DNA from: Eledone cirrhosa
Taxonomy: Eukaryota
DNA length: 64,000 nt
Direction of reading: 5' to 3'
Assembly (NCBI GenBank): GCA_964016885.1
Contig: OZ024756.1
Coordinates: forward strand, 13,020,001-13,084,000
The stretch's first letter is position 1. Every line of letters begins with the position of its first letter. This document shows, one piece after another, positions 53,874 to 64,000 of the stretch. The notes beneath the pieces were generated by a model. It worked only from the letters and a program-made list of their open reading frames with translations. It did no database searches and had not been told where the DNA came from. Both the position numbers and the translations under genes were made by a program.

Positions 53874-54319
53874 TTAATCCTTTAGCATTTAAACCGGCTG
53901 TAGCTAACCAGAATTATCTCATCTCTTTTTGTTCAAACTGGCCAGAACAGGCCACTCATCCTGATTTTAAGGTATTGTTCTCAAAATAAATAATACCAAA
54001 ATCTCATAGATTCAATATTATATGAGATAATTATGTAAGATAAAGTGTTTACCATGAAAATACAATAGTAAATATAGAGTAAACATCATCATCATCATAT
54101 TTTTACATTAACTTTTTCCCTGCTGGCATGGGTTAGACAAATTCTGTTGAGGGCAATGTTAGGTCAGGTGACCATGTCTTGCTCATACATAGTTAAACTT
54201 GGTTTCTACAGCTGGATGCCCTTCCTAATGCCAACCTTACCTACAGTGAGTACCGGGTGCTTTTCGTCGTGATAACTCTACAACCACTTTACAGTGTAAT
54301 GTAAATGCTAAAGGTTTAA
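53874..54319 (+). mobile_element. piggyBac-type MITE interrupted by an antisense LINE/SINE tail (~54084-54295)
   Basis: Left TIR at 53874, body to 54080, (CAT)n-led tail, then GTAATGTAAATGCTAAAGGTTTAA. Confidence 0.75.
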
Positions 54320-55247
54320 TCAGCTCGTGTTTACAAATGCTGGAAATAGTTGTTGTTGTAATAAGTAGGTATTGTAGAGGTTGGCATATATTTCATCCAA
54401 TCTTTTACAAAACTATGAAATATTAACAATGCCTTGCTTCTATAAAGTTTCTAGAATGTCAACAATGAAAGGAATTCTTTTGAGATCAACTCTACTGAAT
54501 GGTTGCTAAACTGGTGCAATTTCGGATTAAAAAAAACTCTTAGATTACAATAGAAATTTCCAAACTTTTTAAGAATAACATTTTTCATGACACAATAAAT
54601 TTTGGTAGTGACATGAAATAATCTTAACTATAATAAAGAAAGGAGTGCGGGACTGCGTCCAGAATATATTTTTTTACCCCGTTTGTAAAATAAGTTGGAT
54701 TACTTTGAATAAATAATGAATGAATATTACATAATTTATGTGCTAAATTTCGTGGCTGTTGATTAAATATATTTTATAGCTTATTTAAAGATTCACTTCT
54801 TTAAAATTCTCAAATGTCAACACTTCCGGTTAGTGGCCGTTATATTATAATACTTATAAAAATATTGCATATATTTCCATCACTAATTTTCTCCTAATGC
54901 AGTTTATATATAATATCGTCTTTTTTTAAATGTATCATGGATTACGTTACTGATTACAGAAGACAGTGTAACACAGACTCTCTTCAATTTCTGTGTATTT
55001 TGTCAATTACGATTTTATTTGATGTATCATATCTACATGTATAATATCAATATACACACTACCCATGCTAGCAGAAAACCATCTTAGGGTGGTTTTTCTG
55101 CTAGTTAAATATATACAATATCACATGTCCAACTGTACACAGAGTTGCCAGATTTTAAATGTAATTCACAGCTAAATATTGGTAAAAATTTATCAGATTT
55201 AACTTAATTTCACAACACACCTACAGATTATTGATGATACACTAAAG

Positions 55248-55410
55248 CAGGGTTTCCCAAACTTTTTCAAATGTGGAACCCTTTTTGGGTCAAAATTTTT
55301 GTGGGAACCCCTAAGTCTAATTCTGTTATATGGTCGTAAATATAAATATACTCTTCTACCCTTTTCCCCGGAACCCTTGGATTCTACGGAACACACTATG
55401 GGAACCACTG
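55248..55410. mobile_element. hAT-family MITE
   Basis: TIRs CAGGGTTTCCCA / TGGGAACCACTG with 8-bp TSD CACTAAAG / CATTAAAG. Confidence 0.85.
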
Positions 55411-56368
55411 CATTAAAGTAGTGACACACTAGATATTATTGGTGACACATTAAAGCGTTGTGACACATCTACAGATTACTGGTGACACATTAAAGTGTTG
55501 TGACACACTAAAATGTTGCAACACACCTAAAGATTATTGGTAACACCCAGTTTGAAAACTTCTCAACACAATCAGGGAAAAATGAACACAAGAAAACTGA
55601 TAAAAATACAGCAATATTTACACTGTTAATGGCAGTTAACAGAAACATATACATACTTGTGATACACACACATGGCTGTGTGTGTGGACACAAGCATGGC
55701 TATATGGGTAAGAAGTTCATTTTACAACCATATGGTTTCAAGTTCAGTTCAACTGCATGGCACTTTAAGGCAAGTATTTTCTACCATAATGTCTAATGCT
55801 TACTGTTATTTTAATAAATATATATATATATATACGATATTAAATAAATGGAAACTATATTTATAAAACCATATTTATTTCATTATACATATTTCAGGGA
55901 TACCAAATTAAAATATGGTATGCCTTCATCAGACAAAATACAATATATAAACAGTTTTATAAATAATTTTGACGTACCCTATTAGATGCGACCATTATTT
56001 TTGGAAGCTGTCTGGATAGTGCTTTATATCAGTTATAAAATATTTACTTGTTGTATCCCAACAATTTTAAATAGAACTTTTGCATATATTTACGGTATGT
56101 GCGCATTTCTTCTAAGTTTAATTTTACAACTAATTGTGTATGGTTGATGGTATATTTGGTCAGTTTCTACATGCTGTCGAAATGTTGGATAAATAATAGA
56201 ACGGGGCCGCCGCGAAGAGGCTACAATCGATTATTTGTCGGAGATTTCCCCATAAGAAAATTTATTCTTATAGCTTGCTAGGATTGATTTTGTATATGGT
56301 TAATTATGCTAATTAGAAGAAGAAATAGTATATATTTTAATATCTGATGATTCTAAAGACATGATTTA

Positions 56369-56431
<63 letters not shown>

Positions 56432-56902
56432 TATTGAAGTTTCCGTTGAAAATTGAAAAAGTCAGAGGAATGAAGAGTGCTCTATGTAAGTGACAGAGCT
56501 AAATATTTCATGTATAATAAACAATACAATATAATTACCTCTATATACACACATCCTTTTACTATATTTCTTTATTTTTATTTTTTATACATTTCTTGTA
56601 TTATTACTTTTTTTTTTTTTTTTTTGCCCGTTAAACTTTTAGCCCTTCTTGGGGAGATATTTCAAATATTTCACTATGTTTAAATTGCCTTGTCTGACGA
56701 ATGAATGCGGACGTTTCTTGTATTCGTCTTATTCAGGAAACCTCTGGTAATGAGGTAATTATATTGTATTGTTTATTATACATTAAATAATTATATATAT
56801 ATAGACACATACATGTATACTACAAATCTCAGCAGAGATTCCATCTACCAAATTCTACACACAAGACATCATAGTAGGCACTATATGTGGACACATACAC
56901 AT

Positions 56903-57655
56903 ATCATCATCATCACCATCGTTTAATGTCCATCTTCCATGCTAGCATGGGTTGGATGGTTTCTTCCACTTTAGGCAAGATTGGTCGGGTGACCATGTCT
57001 TGCTCATACAGAACTGCTTCTGGCAGGTTTTCTACGGCTCGATGCCACATTTATAGTGTAGACTGGGAGCCTTTTTACTGTGTCTCCCACACGACCACTT
57101 TACAGTGGACGGAAGTGGGAGTATGGAGTAGGGGTGTGGGGTGAGGTGTATATTGGGTTAAGAGGTGCCTACTGACTAGGTTTAAGTTCGTATGTAAGGG
57201 AAGGCCAGCCTTCTGTACTGCATAGTGCCAAAGATCTCGATCCAGTGACATTGTCTTAGAGAGGTGTAAGGTCAGTTTTTATCACCTTGTGCCAGGTTTT
57301 TCTTGGTCTACCCACTCTGTAGTTTCCATCCATTTTCATCGCTCTGTACTTTTTATACAGCTGTTGTCCTTCATACGCATCACATGTCCATACCATCACA
57401 ATCTCCTCTCCTACACACAGCATTTGATACCTCTTATGCTTAGTCTCTCTCTCAATTCGTTTATTTTTTGCCGTTAGTGTGTATTACTATTACACATCCG
57501 TCAGAGCATGCAAGCTTCATTTCTTTCTAATCTACGCAAGTCTTCTGCACACAATACCCAGGTCTCACTACCATGTAACATTGCCGTTCGTATACAAGCA
57601 TCGTACAATCTGACTTTCATTTTTAGAGAAAAACCCTTTGTGGTCAACAGCGGTA
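56903..57655 (-). mobile_element. 5'-truncated RTE LINE 3' end, diverged
   Basis: Minus strand encodes the MLHGSETW...WYGHVMRMK region plus a (GAT)n tail. Confidence 0.8.
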
Positions 57656-57677
57656 TTATATATATATATATATATAT

Positions 57678-58175
57678 ATCATCATCATCATCCTTGTTTA
57701 ACGTCTATCTTCCATGCTAGCATGGGTTAGATAGGTTTGTCCCATTTGGAGGCAAGTTGGGTCAGGTGACCATGTCTTGCTCATATTAGAGTGTTTCTGG
57801 CTGGTTTTCTATGGTTGGATGACCTTCTTAATGCTAACCACATTTACAGTGTGTTCTCGGTGCCTTTTGCCATGTCTTTTACACGACCACTTTACAGTGT
57901 GGGCTGGATGTTTTGTGCTACCAACATAACATACACATATATATCATGATAATGGTATATTTATTTTTGTCTGTATATACATATATCATCATCACCTCCA
58001 TTTTAAGTCTATTTTCCACACTAGCATGGGTCAGAGGGGTTGTCCTGTTGTGAGCAATGCTAGGCCAGGTGACCATGTCTTGCTCATACAGGCCTGATTC
58101 TGGCTTGGTTTCTACAGCTGGATGCCCTTCCTAATGCCTACCTCATTTAAAGTGAGTACTGGGTGCTTTTTGTCT
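57678..58175 (-). mobile_element. Dimer of RTE/SINE 3'-tail fragments
   Basis: Same composite and linker as 17848-18317. Confidence 0.7.
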
Positions 58176-58483
58176 TGACGCCTACACATAAATTTATCGA
58201 ACTACACAAATTGAATGTCTTAGCTTGCCGAATTTCCACTTGCTCCATAATTTTACAGAACCTGTATTTATGAAATACAAGTCTATATATCAGAGCACAA
58301 ACAATGAGTTGTTGAGTGGGAATACAATATCGCTCCAGAACAATAATTTCATTACTACACCCCATGCCTGGAGTCTGCATATGATACATTTGGAGAGCAG
58401 GGGCTACGTGTTATTTCTAAAATAATCCAGAAAACACAAATGCGGCCAGAACTAATGGAGCAAATTTTCAACAGAGTTTAGTC

Positions 58484-59212
58484 CATCATCATCATCAACG
58501 TTTAACGTCCGTGTTCCACGCTTGCATGGGTTTGGACGGGGGTAGTCCCACTTGAGGCAAGAGTGATTGTCTTGCTCGCATAGGACTGTCTGGCAGGTTT
58601 TCTACAGTTGGATGCCCTTCCTAACACCAACCACATTTACAGTGTGGGTCTGGGAGGTTTTTACCGTGTTGCCTACACGGCCACATTACAGCGTGGACTG
58701 TGTGTTTTTTTGTCGTGACACCTACACGATCTCATTTGTTTCGGCCTGGATGGTGTGGCACCAACACAACTTTACATAGAACAGGGTGGCGTGGATGGGT
58801 TGGGGGTGGTGGGACGGGGGGGAGTTATTTTGTTAGAGATGCCTACTGGCTGTAGTAGGTTTTACTATGTATTTAGGTAAGGCGGGTCTTCTCTGTTACT
58901 GAGTACCGCCAAAGGTCTCGGTCCAGTGACATTGTCTTGGAGAGGTGTAAGTGTGTGAGGTCGGAGTTTATCAGCTCGTCCCAGGTTTTTCTAGGTCTGC
59001 CTATTCCGTGGCTACCGTCTATCTTTATTGCCCTGCACTTTGTTATACAGCTATCGACTTTCATGCGCATCACGTGTCCATACCAACGTAGCCTTCTCTC
59101 GAGTAAACAACATCTGATCCCTCTTATTTCTAATTTTTTCCTTAGTTCGTTTATGCTTTGCCGTTCACGTATATTACTGTTACACATCCAGCGGAGCATG
59201 CAAGCTTCGTTC

Positions 59213-59215
<3 letters not shown>
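58484..59215 (-). mobile_element. 5'-truncated RTE LINE 3' end
   Basis: ORF 58873-59199 MLRWMC...RRLRWYGHVMRM...GRPRKTWDE; (GAT)n tail at 58484-58497. Confidence 0.88.
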
Positions 59216-59245
<30 letters not shown>

Positions 59246-59526
59246 AGAATAACATAAAGAAAGATGCTGATATTACATAAATTGTTTATTCATTATAATT
59301 AATTTCAATGGTTCCCTTATGCAATCTCAGACGTAATATATGCATTTGTCTTCAGATGAAATATCCGTTTATGTGATATGCTGCATATATATATCTGAGT
59401 GTGAGTGTGTATGTATACATGTTAGTGAAGGTTGAGGTAAATAAGTGGGTGTATATATACATATATATATATATATAAATGTGTAGTAAAGTGTTTAAAG
59501 TGAGAAAAAAGTAGGGATATATATAC

Positions 59527-59588
59527 CTTCAGCATGCCCTGTTAGCTGAACATCATCTGAGCCATTTGAATCATTAGTTTTGTCTTGG
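59527..59588 (-). CDS. USF: Probable USF-like exon 2
   Basis: tttcAG acceptor, GTATAT donor; (S)QDKTNDSNGSDDVQLTGHAE(G) weakly resembles USF2 (S)HDK...VELQEG; phase-1 end fits the 51235 exon. Confidence 0.65.
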
Positions 59589-59617
59589 CTGAAATATTCA
59601 ATTGAAACATTTTATTA

Positions 59618-59790
59618 AATACCTGTTATACAATGGTTAATTAGAAATCAGTCTTAATACCTGTTATACAATGGTTAATTAGAAATCAGTCTTAATACCT
59701 GTTATACAATGGTTAATTAGAAATCAGTCTTAATACCTGTTATACACTGTGGTTAATTAGAAATCAGTCTTAATACCTGTTATATATTGA
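59618..59790. repeat. 38-bp tandem repeat, ~4 copies
   Basis: AATACCTGTTATACAATGGTTAATTAGAAATCAGTCTT. Confidence 0.88.
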
Positions 59791-59802
59791 TTAATTAGAC
59801 AA

Positions 59803-60017
59803 TTAACCCTTTAGCTTTTAAACCGGTTGTAACTGGTCAGAATTCTCTCACCTTTCTGTTGAAATCGGCCGTAATTGGCCACTCATACTGATGTTAAGGT
59901 ATTGTTCTCAAAATAAATAATATCAAAATCTCATAGATTCGATATTATGTGAGGTAAAGTCTATTACCACAAAAATACAATAATATATATAGAGTAATGT
60001 AAATGTTAATGGATTAA
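59803..60017 (+). mobile_element. piggyBac-type MITE
   Basis: TTAA-CCCTTTAG...GGA-TTAA with family body. Confidence 0.8.
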
Positions 60018-60214
60018 GTTACATTCCAAATACCAGCGTAATAACGAGAAAGTTAATTATTTAATAACTTTTTTTTAGCTACAATAAAAGAAACTTGCTG
60101 AAGGTGCCACACAGTGTGACAAGAGCCTGAAGCTATGTAGTTGTAAAAACTATACTTGTGTCTTTAGAAAATTACAACAAAGACAAAATTGTGGAAATAC
60201 AACCAAAAGCTTCC

Positions 60215-60437
60215 TTAGCCCTTTAGCATTTAAACCAAACCAGCCACATCCACCAGAATTATCTCATCTCTTTCTATTCAAACTGGCCACTTATACTGAC
60301 ATTAAGGTATTGTTCTCAAAATAAATAACATCAAAATCTTGTAGATTCGATATCATGGGAGATAATTATGTAAAATAAAGCCTTTACCACAAAAATATAA
60401 TAGTACATATAGAGTAATGGATATACTAAAGGGTTAG
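60215..60437 (+). mobile_element. piggyBac-type MITE
   Basis: CCCTTTAGCATTTA...CTAAAGGG with family body. Confidence 0.78.
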
Positions 60438-60869
60438 ATTAAAAATATTGAATATTTTAGCTCTGACCCAATAACATCCATTGATAAACATCTTAAGATA
60501 ATTACTGTTAATAATCATTGTTCCTTGAGATAATTACTGTTAATAATCATTGTTCCTTGAGATTATTATTATTATTATTAACAGCTGGTGGAAATATGGA
60601 AACTTCTTTACAAATAGTAAGTTTAGAGGCCACTTAAATTATTTGGAACCAATGGACATAAGTAACATAGCTGTTGTTGTTGTTACAGTTCACATCTGTC
60701 TAAGTTTTACCAACCCTCTATGAGGTCATATCTTAAGTATTTTAATGATAAGGACCCTGTTGAGGTCATGTTCTTGTGATAGGGACCCCAGTGTGGTCAT
60801 GTCTCTTGTGATAGGAACCCCAGTGTGGTCATATCTACTATGAGGTTATATCTCGAGTATTTTAATGAT

Positions 60870-61516
60870 AGTGTAATGTAAATGTTATGTGAGATATTAT
60901 GTGAGATAAAGCCTTTACTGTGAAAATACAATAGTATATATAGAGTAATGTAAATGTTATGTGAGATATTATGTGAGGTAAAGCCTTTACTGTGAAAATA
61001 CAATAGTATATATAGAGTAATGTAAATGTTATGTGAGATATTATGTGAGGTAAAGCCTTTACTGTGAAAATACAATAGTATATATAGAGTAATGTAAATG
61101 TTATGTGAGATATTATGTGAGGCAAAGCCTTTACTGTGAAAATACAATAGTATATATAGAGTAATGTAAATGTTATGTGAGATATTATGTGAAGTAAAGC
61201 CTTTACTGGGGAAATATAAGAGTATATATAGAGTAATGTAAATGTTATGTGAGATATTATGTGAGGCAAAGCCTTTACTGTGAAAATACAATAGTATATA
61301 TAGAGTAATGTAAATGTTATGTGAGATATTATGTGAGGCAAAGCCTTTACTGTGAAAATACAATAGTATATATAGAGTAATGTAAATGTTATGTGAGATA
61401 TTATGTGAGGTAAAGCCTTTACTGTGAAAATACAATAGTATATATAGAGTAATGTAAATGCTATGTGAGATATTATGAGGTAAACCTTTACTGTGAAAAT
61501 ATAAGAGTATATATAG
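60870..61516. repeat. 72-bp tandem array derived from the right part of the piggyBac MITE, ~9 copies
   Basis: Unit GATATTATGTGAGGTAAAGCCTTTACTGTGAAAATACAATAGTATATATAGAGTAATGTAAATG closely matches 34749-34812. Confidence 0.92.
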
Positions 61517-61539
61517 AATGGCCTAGAAAATAGAGTATA

Positions 61540-62805
61540 TATAGCATGGCCTAGAATCAAAAGGCCTTAAAATTAACCTGTCTAAGACTAAAGTTCCAGT
61601 TTGTAGGAAGGAAAATAGGGCACCGGTTCCATCCTAGAAATGTCCATGCTCAGTGTGTAGGAAAGGAGTAGGTAGAAACTCCATTTTATGTCCCAAATGC
61701 AAAGTATGGGTGCATAAAAGATGTAGTGGGATCACAGGTAAGCTAACTAAGAATATAGATTTTATATGTGGCCGGTGCTCTGGTCCAATAAGTAGCAGCA
61801 AGTGCCCACAGAATACTAGCTCATTCCATTGCACAGATGGTTCTATAGAAATAGTGGACACCTTCCGTTACTTGGGTGACAAAATCAGCAGTGGTGGAGG
61901 GTGCTCTGAAAGTACAGTAGCTAGAGTCAGAACGGGATGGAAAAAGTTCAGAGAGCTTATACCGCTATTAGCTGCTAAAGGGTTCTCCCTATAAATGAAA
62001 GGCAGGCTGTATGATGCCTGCATACGAACAGCAATGTTACATGGCAGTGAGACCTGGGCATTGTGTGCAGAGGATATACGCAGACTGGAGAGGAACGAAG
62101 CTTGCATGCTCCACTGGATGTGTAATAGTAATATACGTGAACGGCAAAACATAAACGAACTAAGGGAAAAATTAGGAATAAGAGGGATCAGATAATGTTT
62201 ACTCGAGAGAAGACTACGTTGGTATGGTCACGTGATGCGCATGAAAGACGACAGCTGTATAAAAAAGTGCAGGGCAATAAAAATAGACGGTAGCCACGGA
62301 ATAGGCAGACCCAGAAAAACCTGGGACGACTTGATAAATTCCGACCTCACACACTTACACCTCTCCAAGACAATGTCACTGGACCGAGATCTTTGGCGCT
62401 ACACATTAATACAGAAGACCCGCCTTACCTAAGTACAAAGTGAAACCTACTACAGTCAGTAGGCACCTCTAACAAAAATACACCCCTGTCCCACTACCCC
62501 CACCCTTTTCAATGTAAAATGTAAAGTTATGTTGGTACCACAACATCCAGTTCGAAACAAATGAGGTCGTGTAGGTGTCACAACAAAAAAACACAGTCCA
62601 CGTTGTAATGTGGCCGTGTAGGTAACACAGTAAAAATCTCCCAGTCCACACTGTAAACGTGGTTGGTGTTAGGAAGGGCATCCAGTCGTAGAAAACCCGC
62701 CAGAGAGTCCTATGCGAGCAAGACAACCACTCTTGCCTCAAGTGGGAAAACTCCCGTCCAAACCCATGCAAGCGTGGAAGATGGACGATGATGATGATGA
62801 TGATG
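61540..62805 (+). mobile_element. 5'-truncated RTE LINE (post-RT Cys-rich region, C-terminus, 3' UTR, (GAT)n tail)
   Basis: CRKGVGRNSILCPKCKVWVHKRCSG...FRYLG...LYDACIRTAMLHGSETW...GRPRKTW, broken by stops. Confidence 0.9.
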
Positions 62806-63459
62806 ATAGAGTAATGTAAATGCTAAAGGGTTAGAATAGAAGTAATGAAAACCTTGTGGTAGGAATCTATGTTACATTCTATGTAACACATTCAGGAATG
62901 ATTTAGCTGCTATATCTAGCAGATCAAATCACCATTTAGATGCTCCTTCTCAGTCAACAACTGTTGGTAGGAATAGAGTTCAGTTAGAAGGAAAAGTTGG
63001 CACAGCAGTAGTAGTAATAGTAGCAGTGTACAATGTTCTTCATGACTTTGCATATATTAGACATAACCAATTTGAGAGAGGGAGTGTGTGGGGTGGGCTG
63101 GGTTGGGGGTCAACAAAGAAATTCAGAAGGGTCTGTTACTCTTTCTCTCTCTCTGTGGTCCTTATACCGTCTTTTATGACTGACATATAAATGTTAGCAA
63201 TAGTTTACTACTGACACTGCATGTATTATGAAGTCTAAAGTGGTGATGGTCATGGTGGGAAAGGTTGGTTGCTGGATGGATGGAGGGGGTAACAGAGAAG
63301 TTAGGGAACAAAACATGTCACAACATGTCATATGATGGAATATTATAAGACATGAAAATAGGGAGACAAACTGTAACAAAGTTAAAAGGCTCATGTTGTT
63401 ACTACTGCAATACTACGCCAAGGACCTTATTTGTGCTGGCCTTCCCAGCATGCTCACCC

Positions 63460-63900
63460 TGCTCTGACATTGCTGGGTGAGACACGTCCACCGCATAAAG
63501 AATGGCTGCATCCCGAAAGACATCATCTATAGGGAGCTGACCTCTAGAGAGAGAGCCAGTCGACCTCAGCTGTGACACAAAGGCGTTGTGAAGAGAAATC
63601 TGAAGGCTATTGACACCAACACAGAATCCTGGGAGGGAACTCACAGCTGACTGGCCAAGATGGAGGAACACCCTGAATCAATGCCCCAATCAGTGGAGAG
63701 GTTGTTAACTGCAGCAGCGGACAGGAGAGCCTGGCGAAAGGAGTGCAATAAATCCAACAGACCATAGACCATATACAGATGTGTTCAATGTGACAGAGAC
63801 TGTCACTCACGTATAGGTCTGTTTAGCCACCAGAGACGCTGCTCCAGCTGAGCTGACAACAGGATACTGCCCATGGTCAGCCTTGACTGAAGGAGGCCTT
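63460..63900 (+). mobile_element. 3' fragment of a second non-LTR clade (RTE/BovB-like) with C-terminal zinc finger
   Basis: HVHR...IPKDIIY.EL and YRCVQCDRDCHSRIGLFSHQRRC in shifted frames. Confidence 0.65.
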
Positions 63901-64000
63901 AAATAGACTGCTGCAGTACTAGGGCTTTTTTTGTTACTACTGCAACACGACTGATGATATTGTAATATGGGTGATATTGTTGTAATATGTGTAATATGGG

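Noticed and set aside
55970-56030. Possible extra USF exon or alternative first exon ending at a GTACGT donor
   Set aside because: Short ATG frame ends in phase 0, incompatible with the phase-1 downstream exon; no USF similarity
60797-61560. 212 and 232 aa ORFs
   Set aside because: Translations of the 72-bp MITE-derived array

Overview
Repeat-rich eukaryotic animal genomic DNA. The SINE/LINE/microsatellite make-up suggests a mollusc, probably an octopus or another coleoid cephalopod; this is inference, not verified. Two spliced genes converge tail-to-tail. On +, the last five coding exons of a HOIL-1/RBCK1-like RBR E3 ubiquitin ligase (943-20013; RING1-IBR-RING2 with the diagnostic C-terminal CHPxCxNCH). 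On -, six coding exons of a USF1/USF2-like bHLH-ZIP transcription factor (59588-44306); its first exon was not found. The RBCK1 introns hold a near full-length but mutationally dead Helitron (6341-12937, +) and a 3'-truncated Helitron of another family (about 13655-17843, -), one on each side of the catalytic RING2 exon. The rest is piggyBac-type TTAA MITEs, hAT and TA-target foldback MITEs, tRNA-derived SINEs, RTE LINE fragments, more than a dozen locus-specific minisatellites, an 8.7 kb compound minisatellite and a 4.8 kb (TA)n tract. The most interesting observations are a 35-bp-periodic E-box array, including a perfect USF site, inside the USF gene itself; a pair of closely similar inverted LINE copies bracketing a small USF exon; a tandem hairpin array just after the RBCK1 stop; and a possibly chimeric Helitron 3' end. 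No CRISPR, rRNA or tRNA genes were found. Exon boundaries were read by eye from GT/AG sites and phase continuity.
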